A stretch of DNA of 54,165 nt from Octopus bimaculoides (GCF_001194135.2 NC_068981.1:43127642-43181806), one strand, 5' to 3'; counted from the stretch's first letter, positions 1-12,775 are shown. Notes: generated from the sequence alone by a model not told the origin. Program-made: numbers and translations.

Positions 1-33
<33 letters not shown>

Positions 34-54
34 ACATGCATGTATATATATAAT

Positions 55-245
55 GGGTAAATGAGTAAAGGAAGGAGGGTATTTTTGAAGAAACATGCAT
101 TTTTGCAGGCTGAACATAGGTGAGCTCCTCAAAAATGCACTACCAGTACAGTGAATGGAGCAAGTTTCATCTGCAGTACCTGCAAACGTTCATGTATATC
201 AAGTGGTGGGCTCATCAGTTACCACTGGAGCCACAAGCGTAAAGT
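55..245 (+). mobile_element. RTE-clade LINE, 3' ORF2 remnant with terminal C2H2-like finger
   Basis: Translates ...VFLKKHAFLQAEHR*APQKCTTSTVNGASFICSTCKRSCISSGGLISYHWSHKRK. Parallels the C-terminus of the RTE fragment at 27555-28130 (VVNGKGLVCNVCSHVCLSRAGLISH). Confidence 0.65.
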
Positions 246-639
246 ATAATTTTGTCTGAATACATAGTGTTGTTTTGTGTTTTCATGCATTTTACCATGA
301 GAGAATTTTTCTCCATGTAAACTGCAGCGAATTTGCCTTTAGAAGTTAAAATACATCAAAAACATATTTTAACTAATCCTTTAAATGGAAACCATACCTG
401 TCATTGTGGCTTTGTGACATAATGCAAAGCAGGCCTTGCTGTCCACTCAAAAAAACACATAGTACAATTCATAAATGATTCACAAGTACTCAAGGAATCT
501 GAATCCTCAACTTGCTTCGTTTGACCAAAGGTTTGCAACATACCAGCAGGCCTCAAGAGACAAATTCATGTCCATAGAACATGATTAATGTTTTATTTTA
601 CTGAATTCTCATTTGTCATTCATGACAAGAGAATCCATC

Positions 640-833
640 GCACACGCACACGCACCCACACCCACACACACACACACACACACACAAATACACACACACA
701 CACATACATACACACNNNNNNNNNNNNNNNNNNNNNNNNNNNNNNNNNNNNNNNNNNNNNNNNNNNNNNNNNNNNNNNNNNNNNNNNNNNNNNNNNNNNN
801 NNNNNNNNNNNNNNNNNNNNNNNNNNNNNNNNN

Positions 834-874
<41 letters not shown>
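640..874. repeat. (CA)n microsatellite spanning an N gap
   Basis: Direct reading; N run at 716-833. Confidence 0.95.
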
Positions 875-875
<1 letters not shown>

Positions 876-2155
876 CAGGCTGAGTAAAAAGTAAGCAACG
901 TTTTGAAACACGAAATTCATCACAATGTATTTCAACAATGTGGAAATTTTAATCATTAAAGTGAGTACCATTACAAGCTACACAGTTTTGCTAACGATTT
1001 ACAAGTTTGTTTATTCTGGTAACATAAAAATCTGGTGTTCTGAAGCTGATGAACTCTTTGAACACACTTTCAGCATCAGTTTGGTTGTTGACCTCCTTCT
1101 CTCACAGGAGACGATCAAGGTACTTGAAAAAGTGATAGTTAGTAGGAGAAAGGTCTGGGGAATAAGCTGCGTGAGGAAGAACTTTGTAGCCAAGTTTCCT
1201 CAACTTCTGGAGTGTCATTAGTGAAACATGTGGTCGAGCATTGTCATGAAGAATGATTGGCTCTCTTTTGTTGACAGTCTGGGATGGAGGAGTAGCAGAT
1301 TTTCATTCATTTTGGCAATTTCATGGCAACAAGTTTCTACAGTAATGGTTTTTCTGGGTTTTAAGAAGTTATAGCAGATGATTCCAGCAGTACCCCACCA
1401 AACAGTCACCATAATCTTCTTTTGAAGAGCTTGAGAACAGGGAAGGTTTTTGGTGCTTCATTTTGATCCAACCATTGCAAAGAATGTTTTTATTATTGTA
1501 GAGAATCCACTTAGCATCACAAATTAGAATTTGGTTGAGAAATGGATCGGTCTGGTTATGGAGAAGAGGTGACAAGCATATTTCATATCTGCACATTTTC
1601 TGATTTTCATTGAAATCGTGTGGTACCCATTTGTCACATGTGTTTGATTATCTGATCTCATGCAAATGGTTGCAAGCAGTTTTCTGGGCTAACCTGAAGT
1701 TCTTTTGTCAGTTCTCAAGTGGTTTTACATGGATCTTTCTCAATGACAGTCTTTAATTGACCATCTTCAATGACAAATGGGCGTCCACTATGCTCATAAT
1801 CTTCAAGGCTCAGGTCTTCACTGTGAAATTGTTTAAACCATTTTTGAGCTGATCACTCACTGATCATTTCCTCACCAAATGTTTTGTTGATATTGTGAGC
1901 AGTTTCAGCTGCTTTACATCCTTTTTAGAAGTTGAATAGCAAAATTCCTTGATTATTCTGCTTTGACAGTTCCATTCCAGATGATTGTAACAATGGTGAA
2001 AAAAATAACAATGTTAATTTATTGATGCATTTGGAAAAGTCTAGGTATTATCAGACAATTGCAAAAAAAATATTTTAAAAGGATTCAAAACTCAGCAAAA
2101 ATCTTGTACGAATTCTTCATGGTTCAAAACATTGCTTACTTTTTACTCAACCTGA
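875..2155 (-). mobile_element. Full-length decayed mariner (DD34D-type) transposon with both TIRs
   Basis: 33-bp TIRs at 875-907 (tcaggctgagtaaaaagtaagcaacgttttgaa) and 2123-2155 with 2 mismatches; about 1.28 kb. Minus-strand peptides ILICDAKWILYNN, MVTVWWGTAGII and LHDNARPH...YSPDLSPTNYHFF (D-x34-N). Frameshifts and stops present. Confidence 0.93.
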
Positions 2156-2180
2156 AATATATATATATATATATATATAT

Positions 2181-2315
2181 AGGGAGAATTCACAAAAAAA
2201 CAACAGACGAAGACAGGTGGTGTAGAAAACAAATAGATGTATTAGTATAACACTCGGGAATTGAAAAAGTATTTAACGTTTCGAGCCTATGCTCTTCCAC
2301 AGAAAGGAACACAGA
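2181..2315 (-). repeat. Short repeat resembling a Penelope-like terminal repeat, containing a minimal hammerhead-like motif
   Basis: Minus strand CTGTGGA-A-GAGC-ATAG-GCTC-GAAACGTT at 2275-2302. Confidence 0.5.
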
Positions 2316-2327
2316 AATATATATATA

Positions 2328-2679
2328 GGCACAGGAGTGGCTGTGTGGTAAGTAGCTCGCTTACCAACCATATGGTTTTGGGTTCATTCCCACTGTGTGG
2401 CACCTTGGGCAAGTGTCTTCTACTATAGCCTCAGCCCAACCAAAGCCTTGTCAGTGGATTTGGTAGACGGAAACTGAAAGAAGCCCATCGTATATATGTA
2501 TATGTGTATATATATGTATGTGTGTGTATATGTTTGTGTGTCTGTGCTTGTCCCCCTCACATTGCTTAGAATAAGCACTAGGCTTACAAGAATAAGTCCT
2601 GGTGTCGATTTGCTTGACTAAATGGAGTGCTCCAGCACGGCTGCAGTCAAATGACTGACACAAGTAAAAGAGTAAAAGA

Positions 2680-2682
<3 letters not shown>
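2328..2682 (+). mobile_element. tRNA-derived SINE family A, internally deleted copy
   Basis: Head ggcacaggagtggctgtgtggtaag..gggttcattccc, internal (TA/TG) tract, tail aagtaaaagagtaaaagag. Lacks about 65 bp that are present in the 39731 copy. Confidence 0.85.
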
Positions 2683-2718
<36 letters not shown>

Positions 2719-3039
2719 TAAATACATGCACATGTATACATATATGCATGAGCAAATATTAGTGGGCTTAAAGAAAAATTGAATATAATAAGCAGAATAA
2801 GATGTTGTGTGTCAGAGAAAAGGCTGCATGGCTGTGGGAATGTGTTGCATAGGGATAATGACAACTTCAGGAAGAATTTAATCTCAAATTAAATGAAACC
2901 TGTGGAAAAGCAAGACTATGTTGGTTGGCAATTCACAATGTTGGAAGGGCTTCAACCACAGTAGATCTCTCCAGTAGTTCAAGCATGGTGAAATGAAAGT
3001 GACAAGACTGATAATAGTGGTGAATATATTGAGAAATGA

Positions 3040-3185
3040 GGCATCATCATCATTATCATCATCTTAATCCTAACCACCACCACCACCACCTCCACCTCCA
3101 CCACCTCCACCACTTCCACCTCCACCACCTCCAACTCCACCACCTCTACCTCCACCACCTCCACCTCCACCACCACCATTATTAT
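3040..3185. repeat. CAT/CCA/CCT trinucleotide low-complexity tract
   Basis: Direct reading; explains the poly-His ORF. Confidence 0.9.
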
Positions 3186-3479
3186 TTTCTGACACAAAGA
3201 TTATACAGAGTTAGCCAAAAATACAACAATTACTCAAAAATGGTATGCCCTCAAATACCTTAATCACCCTGTACATATACGTCCCTGCATATTAAGTACT
3301 CTTGTCATTCTTCCTTCTTGGGACTTATCATTATCATTCACATCTCTCTCTATCTGTCTTTTATGCCACTCAATTTGTAAAGGATTGGATGAGTGGACGA
3401 ACAGAAGGTCAAGATGTTACTTTAAAAATACCACAGATATAGCTATCTTTGGTTACTGCCATGATAATGCATCCAGTAC

Positions 3480-3935
3480 ATGCTATAGAGTGTAAGGTTG
3501 AGAGGATGCTTTACTCTTGTTAAGGACATGGTATCTTCACGGACAGCAATTCTACATGGTAGTGAGCCATAGGCCCTGAGTGCAGAGGACATGTGAAACT
3601 TAGAAAGAAATGAGGCTGAGTAATGCTCTGTTGCATGTGTACATGTTTGACAGAGTGCTAGTGCTTTGAGAGAGAAGTTAGGCATAAGTGGAATTACTGG
3701 CTGTGTGCAAGAGAGAAAACTATGCTGGTATGGTCATGTGATGCAGTTGTATGCTAACAGCTCTATTAAGAAGTGCCGATCTCTTAAAGTAGATGGTACA
3801 TATGTAACTGGGTGATCCAGGAAGACATGGAATGAAGTACTGAAGAATGTCTTTAGGATGCTGAACTTTTCAGGCAAGATAACAAAGGACTAAGATGCCT
3901 GATGCTTTGCTGTACTCAAGTAGACTCATATTCTG
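3480..3935 (+). mobile_element. RTE-clade LINE 3' fragment
   Basis: Decayed peptides RTAILHGSE, LERNEA, LREKLGISGI, KLCWYGHVM, RKTWNEVLK. Same family as 37253-37752. Confidence 0.8.
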
Positions 3936-3994
3936 CAGCAGAAGTGGTGATACCAGTCCCCCCAATAGTGAGGATTGAACTACAAGAGTCCTGT

Positions 3995-4267
3995 GCTGAT
4001 GCCACATAAAAAGCACTTATGGTAGTGCCACATAAAAGTGCCCATGCAGTGCCACATGAAAGCACCTGTTCAGTGCCACGTAAAAGTGCTCATGCGGCAC
4101 CACATAAAAGCACCCAGCACACTTTGTAAAGTGGTTGGTGTTAGGAAGGGCATTCAACCATAACCATAGAAACCATGCCAAATGAGATTGGAGTCTGGTG
4201 CAGTTCACCAGCTTGCCAGCCCTGGTAACACTGCCCAAATAATACCAGCATGGACAATGGATGCTAA

Positions 4268-4335
<68 letters not shown>
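3995..4335 (+). mobile_element. SINE family B with gtgccacataaaagcac-type head repeats and (ATG)n tail
   Basis: Matches the other family B copies (gtggttggtgttaggaagggcat...ccagcatgg...taaatgatgatg). Confidence 0.8.
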
Positions 4336-6618
4336 ATTGGTACCACAGAAAGACACCGAGTACACTCTGAAAAGTGATTATCATTACAAAGTGCACCCAT
4401 CCATAGAAACCAAGTGTGGTACAATGCTGCAATCCATGTAGATATGCAGCACCACTGAATATGTGCTGCACCCAACTGTGATAACCCATTAAACATATTA
4501 TCAGCATTGAAAGAGGATGTAAAATGATAATGATAATGAGGAGGAGGATGATGATGAATAATGGTAAAACTGCCTTCACTGTATATTTGACAACTTCTTA
4601 TATCCCAACAATTCTTTGTCACTCATCCTCCAATCACTCTTGCTAACCATACAATGATGCATGGTACAAGACCTAGCCACATTCAATGCTTAATACCACT
4701 ACCTTCAACACTCTACCTTTCTCACCAATCACATGAACTCATGTACTTTGTATAAAGAATTGCATTAGACCTGTCTGTACCCAATACACTCTATTATCCT
4801 CCTATCTGCCCTACCAGTCATCAGTCATCATTCACTCTCCACCAAGCTATATGATATTTTCCTCTATCATGCTTACTATTGTCTATCTCTATTACTCCCT
4901 ATCGCTCTCCTCTTCAAGCCAAACACTCTGCTTTTACCATCACAGTCTTGCTCCTGTTACCCGTCTATTTTGTTTTTTATTGTCACTGATCTCTCTCCTA
5001 TTCACATTTTTGACCATGTTATCTAAAGTGAATGGCTTACAGTAGGAAGGGCTCTTTATTTCAATGGTCTACATGCTCTTATGCTGCTGCCATAGTAAGT
5101 TCATTCTCTAAAGTGACAGGTGAACAAACCAAGAAAGCATAAATCGAATGAAAAGAAGCGGATCCTTTAGTCTTGTCTTTCCCAGGACATAACAGTATCT
5201 CTAGTGCTGGTATCATTATAAACTGCACCATATAATCTCTGTAAAGTGATTGATTGTTAATAAGAAGAGCATTCAGTTAGAGAAAACTTGCCAAAGAGAA
5301 ATGTTCAAGAAAGACGTGCTTTTCCAACCCTTTTGGAGAGCAGTAACTTCTGTTAAGAAGTGGTTTAGACTTTGATGACTGGTTCAGCCTATGCAAGCTT
5401 GGAAAAGAGATGTTGTCGTTGGTACTACAGAAAGACACTGAGTACACTCTGAAAAGTGAGTATCATTACAAAGTGCACCTATCCACAGAAACCAAGTGTT
5501 ACAGTTCTGGATGTGATGCTTTGTGATATCTGTACCTGCACTTTGCATTTTGATATTCTTTTCTACTCCAGGCACAAGGCCCGACATTTTTGGGGAGGGG
5601 GGGCAGTTGATTAGATCAACTCCAGTACAAAACTGAGTGCATGTGTGTGTGTGGGGGGGGAGGTCAGTTATGTATATTTGTATAAAATGTCTGCTAAAAA
5701 TAATACTATAGTAATTATCTTACAAAAAGAAACAAACACTAAATTTGCTGAGTATGTGATGTCATTTCAATTCTCTTGTTGAAAGTTATAAAATTCCCTA
5801 CAATGAGCACTAGCACTGCCAAATGCATGCAAATCACAGTCTAATTGTCAGACCTTATAAAACGACTGACATTGAGTCTAAGCTTAAAATTAGTTATAAT
5901 TGAAACCTAATTTGAAATACAAAGAATGTATCATTAATTATTGAAATTATTGAGACACTGAAGTATGTCTCAAGGGGACAAAAATATTTTACCCAATTTA
6001 GTTTTATACCTCTTAATTTATAACTTAAACTTCACCAATTTCATCTCCCTGGAGTTTATAATACAAAAGTGGTATTGATTCATTTAACTCTTCCTATTCA
6101 ATTGTCTTTGTGTTTAAGAAATAAATTAGCATTTTATTAAGTATGACAGAATGGTAGAGTACTTTATTACATCTAGTTTTAATTCTTTGTTTCCTGAATT
6201 CTAAAACAACCAGACCTGATTTTTCTTGTAGCCTTCAAGAGACGATAAAATAAAGGACATACATAGACACACACACACACACACAATCACGCATATGTAT
6301 GTATGTGTTTCATTTTATGATCTCTAGGAGGATACAAGAAAAGTCAGCTCTGGCTGTTATATATAGTTATATATATATTCTAATCTATAAATTTTGTGAT
6401 TTGATCAAGCAGTTAGAGTTTTGGGTAGAAGGCTGTTCAGAAATTGTTCTGACATGCTACATTCTTCTAAGTTCAAATCCCACTAAGGTCAACTTTGCTT
6501 TTCTTTCTTTCAGTGTTCATAAAACCTTCCAACCCCAGGGTGGTAAACTGGCAGCACTGTTACAGTTTTGGATGTGACACTTTGTGATATCTGTACCTGC
6601 GCTTAGCATTCTGATATT

Positions 6619-7053
6619 CTTTTCTACTCTAGGCACAAGGCCCGAAATTTTTGGGGAGGGGGCCAATCGATTAGATCAACCCCAGTATAAAACTGGTACT
6701 TAATTTATCAACCCCGAAAGAATGAAAGACAAAGTCGACCATGGCAGAGTTTGAACTCAAAATGTAAAGACAGATGAAATAATGCTAAGCATTTCACCCA
6801 GCGTGCTAATGTTTCTTATTTCTTTATTGCCCACAAGGGGCTAAACATAGAGAGGACAAACAAGGTCAGACAAAGGGATTAAGTCAATTACATCAACCCC
6901 AGTGTGTAACTGGTATTTAATTTATCGACCCCGAAAAGATGAAAGGCAAAGTCGACCTCGGTGGAATTTGAACTCAGAACGTAATGGCAGACGAAATACC
7001 GCTAAGCATTTCGCCCGGCATGCTAATGTTTCTACCAGCTCAGTGCCTTCTTT
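6619..7053 (-). mobile_element. Dimeric SINE family C with 13-bp TSD
   Basis: Two tandem tRNA-like units. gcattctgatatt occurs at 6606-6618 and 7054-7066. Confidence 0.9.
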
Positions 7054-7929
7054 GCATTCTGATATTAACATCTACAATGACACTAGTTCCAAGCTGCAAT
7101 GGCTTTTCAGAAATACCTTTTCTTTGGGCAACTGGTGGTATGGAAAACGATGACTTGCATCGCATAGGCAACTAACTGCTAGACTTCCAGAAATAAAAAA
7201 AAAAAAATCTAGCTCATGCCTACACTTTTAGCTACATAAGATCAACCCAGTCTGGCTAGAACTCTAGAATAAAAGTTTGTGATCCTATAACGTTTTTCCC
7301 TTGTAGTTGTTAACTTATGCTTGTTGAAGATGAACCTCAACCATAACAAACTTAATCTTAGAAACAGATCGACAGAGTTTTTAAAGGAGTTGGATTGAGT
7401 GCTTCATGGTAGTTGTTTCACCTCTCTCCATTCTAAGTTCAAACCCTGGCAAGTTCAGTTTTATATTTCATCCTTTCAGGGTTAATACAAAATATCCCAA
7501 TTCTGAGGTGGTGGATTGGCAAAATTGCTTGAGTATAGGATGAGATACCATGTGGCGTCTGTTCCAGCCTTTTGCATGCTGACAGCAGTGTTCTACAACA
7601 ACATTAACCTTAAACAGTAACTATTCTCTTTGACAGCATCAGCGATGGTGGTAGAAGAATCTTGCAGCATATGCAACTGCCAGTCTTCCACACACAAAGA
7701 AAGAAAAAAATGTTCCAGCTTATGCACAGACACAAATAAATAGCCATTCTAAACCAATGGGGGCCCTCGATTCTTGAAAGAACTACAAAGATATGAACAT
7801 AAACCTTCCTTCTTGCAACATAATTAAAACAGAAAATAAAATCATTTGGTTCTTATTTTCTTATATGGCAGCAACCTTGTGTTACAGTGATGCTTCTTTA
7901 CAATGCAATCATATCAATATTAGATAAGG

Positions 7930-8115
7930 ATTAAGGAGGCAAGTTTGTAGAATTGTTAGCATGCTGGAGAAAATGCTTAGCGGCATTTCACTGACTTTGC
8001 CTTTCATTCTTTCGGGGTCAATAAAATATGTATCAGTTTATCACTGGGGTCAATATAATCGACTAACCCCTCCCCAAAAATTGCTGGCCTCGTGCTAAAA
8101 CATGAAGCCAATATT
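7930..8115 (+). mobile_element. Degenerate SINE family C
   Basis: gaattgttagcatgctgg..aaatgcttagcgg..gactttgcctttcattctttcggggtc..ggcctcgtgc. Confidence 0.75.
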
Positions 8116-10274
8116 AGTTGAGCGTTAAATTAAGCATAACAAGGGGAATTCACTCTGAGTTACATTTAAATGATTTAAGATTGCATACATGCCAATTACT
8201 CACCGTGCTACACTACCTCCATTTAATCTTATTTAAATTATGAACACAGCTCCAATAACAGACAGAGTCAACATCCATTAACAAGGCTGCAAAAGCAACG
8301 AAGATTTTGGAAGAAACAATATAAATAGTAAATGAGTAGAAATCGAACTGGTGAGTGTGTTAGTTAAGGCATTAAGACATTATGAGTCTCCCAAGACAAA
8401 ACATAAATTATATGATTTTATCAATCCCATCCAATATACTTACCTAAGAAACAAAATATGTCAATGAGGGATTCTGTAAAGGTTGCTTGATCTGCAAGAA
8501 ATAGGTAAATTGTTTCAAGTCACTTCCTGTCTTTTATAAAAGTAACGGTACATTGTATAATATACTATGCTAAAAATAAGATATAGAAGTTATGACTGGA
8601 ATGCCTTTCCCTATATCTCTGCTCAATCAGAGCTAAATTGTTGTCACTGCTGCCACCACCACCACCACCACCACATTGTCTACAACAACAATTATTTTGG
8701 ACAATTAACCTAAAATTTAGAGTATATTTTTTCAGTATTTACATTTACAATATGATTTGATTATTTGATTTCTATTTAACATTACTTTCCTTATTTTCAA
8801 ATAAATATGTTTATTGATTTTGGCTTTATTTCAAAACTAGTCCAAATCACCAGCATTGTCCAGACTAAAAATTCATGGAACTGACATTAACAGTGTTATG
8901 TAATTTAGTTCCCGAACAAATGATAGGCAAAGAATCAGACAAAATATCTGCATAACTTTTTTGTATGTTAGAAAATTTCTTTGGCTTTGTGTCTTAAATA
9001 CTTTTAAGATTTTGCCAAAAAAGGAAAAGAAACATCTACATATTCAATATGTTGAATCCCATTTTCCCATTTAACCACAAGATGAAATTGTAACCCTAGA
9101 ATCTAACATGTAATGCTACCCTAAAATACTAATTCAATGACAGTCCTGAAACTCTATTTTGTTCTTAGAATCATAATCTTTTGTGTTCAAAACAGAATTC
9201 TGAAAACATTTTCCAAGGGAATAATCAAAAAATGAAGCTATTACATGCTTCTCAGAGAGAAGAGGGTGAATGAAAAGATTCAAAATTTTGAAAATAAATT
9301 TTTTTGCAGAATATCATAATCTCTAATGCTTAGAAATTTAGAAATTCAAAAAAAATTTTGGAAATTAAACATAAAAAATATATGAATAAAGACAATAGAA
9401 GGTACTGGGTCCAACACTCACTAAGATAGTTTGCCGTTTTGCTGATATTGAAAACAGTTTTTGCAGACAGAATTTCATTACAATGCATCTAGCTGTTGAT
9501 TCTCTACGATGTTATTCTGATGGGTATTTTAGTTAGTATATGCATGTGTGTGTGTGTTTGTGTGTATGTGTTTGAGTGTGTGGGTATATGTACATGTGTG
9601 TGAGAGAGAGGGAGAGAAAGAAAGATATATATATATATATATATATATATATNNNNNNNNNNAGAGAGAGAGAGAGAGAGAGAGAGAGAGTAAGATAAAA
9701 AAAATCCTGGTGCTAGCACAATAGGCTTCATATTATTCTATGGGACAGAAAACATAAATCATGTCCTATTGTAGATGTCAGTTGCCTGGTGGATGTGAAT
9801 GCTTCATCTAAAATTGGAGACAAGGAGAATATCTATTGAGAACCAATGAGAAACTTACAGGTCATACATCCAGGTTATAGACTTTTGCTTGTACCTTTCA
9901 TTATAGGAGCACTTTGCTGTCTAATAACAGATTTACATACATGCCTGGATATGCTGGGCAAGAAATAACAAAGCAAACTGATTCAAATCCTCCAAATAAA
10001 AATTGATTAGTGGTGCAGTGATAACATATAAGACATTCAAGAAGTTATCCATCTGAGTTTCCTGGATTGAGTATATGCATACAGTCACATGTGTATATGC
10101 TATACATACGTATATAAGCAGTAATGAAACACTCACATGTGTGTACTAAAGTGACACACATGCCCATTACAAGAACACAAGATTATCCACACACGTTGCT
10201 ACATATATGCACACATTAATTCATTTACAAATCCCAAGATCTCCCTACACTGAACCAATAGTGCCTTGAATATT

Positions 10275-10710
10275 CTTTTCTACTCTAGGCACAAGGCCTG
10301 AAATTTTTGGGGAGGGGGCCAATTGATTAGATCAACTCCAGTACACAACTGGTACTTAATTTATCTACGCTGGAAGGATGAAAAGCAAAATTGACCTCAG
10401 TGGAGTTTGAACTCAGAATGTAAAGCCAGACGAAATACTGCTAAGCATTTCGACTGGCATGCTAACGTTTCTTATTTCTTTATTGCCCACAAGGGGCTAA
10501 ACATAGAGGAGACAAACAAGGACAGACAAAAGGATTAAGCCAATTACATCGACCCCAGTGTGTAACTGGTACTTAATTTATCGACCCCGAAAGAATGAAA
10601 GGCAAAGTTGACCTCGGCGGAATTTGAACTCAGAATGTATTGGCAGACGAAATACCGCTAAGCATTTCGCCCGGTGTGCTAACGTTTCTGCCAACTCCCC
10701 GCTTTAAGGA
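10275..10710 (-). mobile_element. Dimeric SINE family C with 11-bp TSD
   Basis: Colinear with 6619-7053. ccttgaatatt occurs at 10264-10274 and 10711-10721. Confidence 0.9.
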
Positions 10711-11204
10711 CCTTGAATATTGTGATAAAAAAAAAAACCCCTTAAATCTCAAAAAAATATTATTTATTCATTTGTGAATACATACATACATTTATTTATT
10801 CAGACATACACACATACACATGCATACACATCCATATACATATATGTATGTTTTTTACAGATCAAGTTACTATTTTAATATAGCTTTCAACTTTATTTAG
10901 CTACCAGTCAGGCTGTATTAAGGGATAAGCACACTGGATAGTCATCCAGGGGCCTCACAAGTCTAGGGGCCCAGTTCACTCCTATGTGTGTTGTGGCTTA
11001 TTGTTAATAAATAAATAGTATAAGGCCAAGTGCATTCATTTGCCCAGATGGCTACAATTATGCTAAGGCAATTCTGCTGTCAGGATTGTATGAAACACAT
11101 GACCACATTTCCTCCTCATTTCCCTGCATGTATGCAGTGTGTGTATGAGAAAGATAGATTGTAAATGCATGTGAGTAACAAAGAGAAATACTATATGATT
11201 GTAC

Positions 11205-11383
11205 ATGAATGTGTGTGTGTGTGTGTGTGTATGTGTATGAGCGTGTGTATCTATCTGTCTGTCTGTGTGTCTGTCTGTGTGTCTGTCTCTGTCTCTCTGT
11301 GTATCTGTCACTGTCTGCCTGTGTGTCTGTCTCTGTCTGTGTCTATCTGTCTATCTGTGTGTCTGTCTATCTGTGTGTCTGTC

Positions 11384-11414
<31 letters not shown>

Positions 11415-11415
11415 G

Positions 11416-11464
<49 letters not shown>

Positions 11465-11480
11465 TTATCTATCTATCTAA
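11205..11480. repeat. Compound (GT)n/(GTCT)n/(CTAT)n microsatellite
   Basis: Direct reading. Confidence 0.95.
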
Positions 11481-11570
11481 TAGTATATATGAACCTACAT
11501 TTATATGTCAATCAGTCATTGTGCATATCTGTGTATGTATATGATCAAAGGCACCCATATAAATACGGAT

Positions 11571-11609
<39 letters not shown>

Positions 11610-12154
11610 CACGCACATATATATATGTGTGTGTGTGTGTAAGCAGTGATTCTCACTATCAAATATGATGTCATGTCTGTGTCACGGACAAAAGTGTGTG
11701 TTTTTGTGAGACTGTGCGTGTGGAGGATATGTGTGTCTTATGTTTTTGGTGTCCATTGACAACATAATCTCTTATCATCTGTCTCCTTACCATAGCATTT
11801 CCCTTGAAGCTGAAACCAGCTCACACCAACCTCGTGTTCTTCCTCCTATCATTTACTTTTTTTTTTTTATATCATTCAGAAAATGGCAACAAAATGACTT
11901 TGTAATGTATTGCTATAATAATAAAGAAAATTTTCTGTTTACAGGCTTCTTGGAGTCACATTTACTTGAATCTTTTTCCTGTATATGGACTTATGTCGAC
12001 GACTGCATAGGTTGAAACATTTTATTGTGACATTGCATAGTTTTGTCTAAAAATAATAAACACATATAATAGAAAAATAGACATTCAATTTTAGTATTGC
12101 ATAGATCAAGGCTAGTTATATTCGTATCTCCTAAACAGTTTTCTCAATAACTCT

Positions 12155-12485
12155 ATTATTATTATTATTATTCAGTAGTCTTATTTTTATCACGTGCTTT
12201 CACTGCACTACTGTGTGCCTTGGGTATGTGCTATGGTTTGTTGTGATGCTCATATTTTTACTGTATTGAAAGTGTTTTATATAGGATGTGTGCAGTGCTC
12301 AGTAGTGCTATTTTCTGTATGTTATATATACTTGTTAGTCCTAGCGTTTTTGTCTGAATATTTGTCTGAATATTTATTAATCATACCTAATGCACCTACT
12401 ATGATAGGAATTGTTTCTGTTTTTAGACTCCACGCTTGAGTTACCTCTATTTCCAGATCTTTGTATTTTGAAAGTTTCTCTGTTT
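12155..12485 (-). mobile_element. R4/Dong-like (restriction-like endonuclease) LINE 3' end with (AAT)n tail
   Basis: Minus strand EKLSKYKDLEIEVTQAWSLKTETIPIIVGALGMINKY, then a 3' UTR and aataataat tail. Confidence 0.8.
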
Positions 12486-12549
12486 CTTTCTCTGTTTGTT
12501 GTTGCTGTTGTTGTTACTGTTGTTGATGTTGTTGTTGTTGTGATTATTG

Positions 12550-12775
12550 ACACAGTGAGCCTGCAGAATCCTTAATGTGCTGGTCAAAATGCTTAGTGGT
12601 ATTTCTACCAGCTCTATGTTCTGAGATCAAATTCAGCTGAGGTCAACTTTATTTTTCATTCTTTTGGAGGCAAAAAAGTAATTAGCTGTCAAGTCCTGGG
12701 TTCGATGAAATTTATAGCTCCCTCCCCAAAATTTCAGGCTTTGTGCTTATAACAAAAAGAATCATTATTATTATT
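12550..12775 (+). mobile_element. Degenerate SINE family C
   Basis: gtgagcctgcagaat..aaaatgcttagtggtattt..gaggtcaacttt..ccccaaaatttcaggctttgtgc. Confidence 0.7.

Noticed and set aside
1050-1062. CTGATGA heptamers here and near 39588
   Set aside because: They lie inside mariner coding sequence, with no stem II or properly placed GAAA, so they are not hammerheads.
3995-4120. Regularly spaced gtgccacataaaag repeats resembling a CRISPR array
   Set aside because: These are the internal head repeats of SINE family B. There are no unique spacers or cas genes, and the context is eukaryotic.
11791-11850. Minus-strand donor gctatg|gtaagg that would be in phase with the 8491 exon
   Set aside because: No credible acceptor (purine/A-rich upstream) and an unrecognisable peptide.
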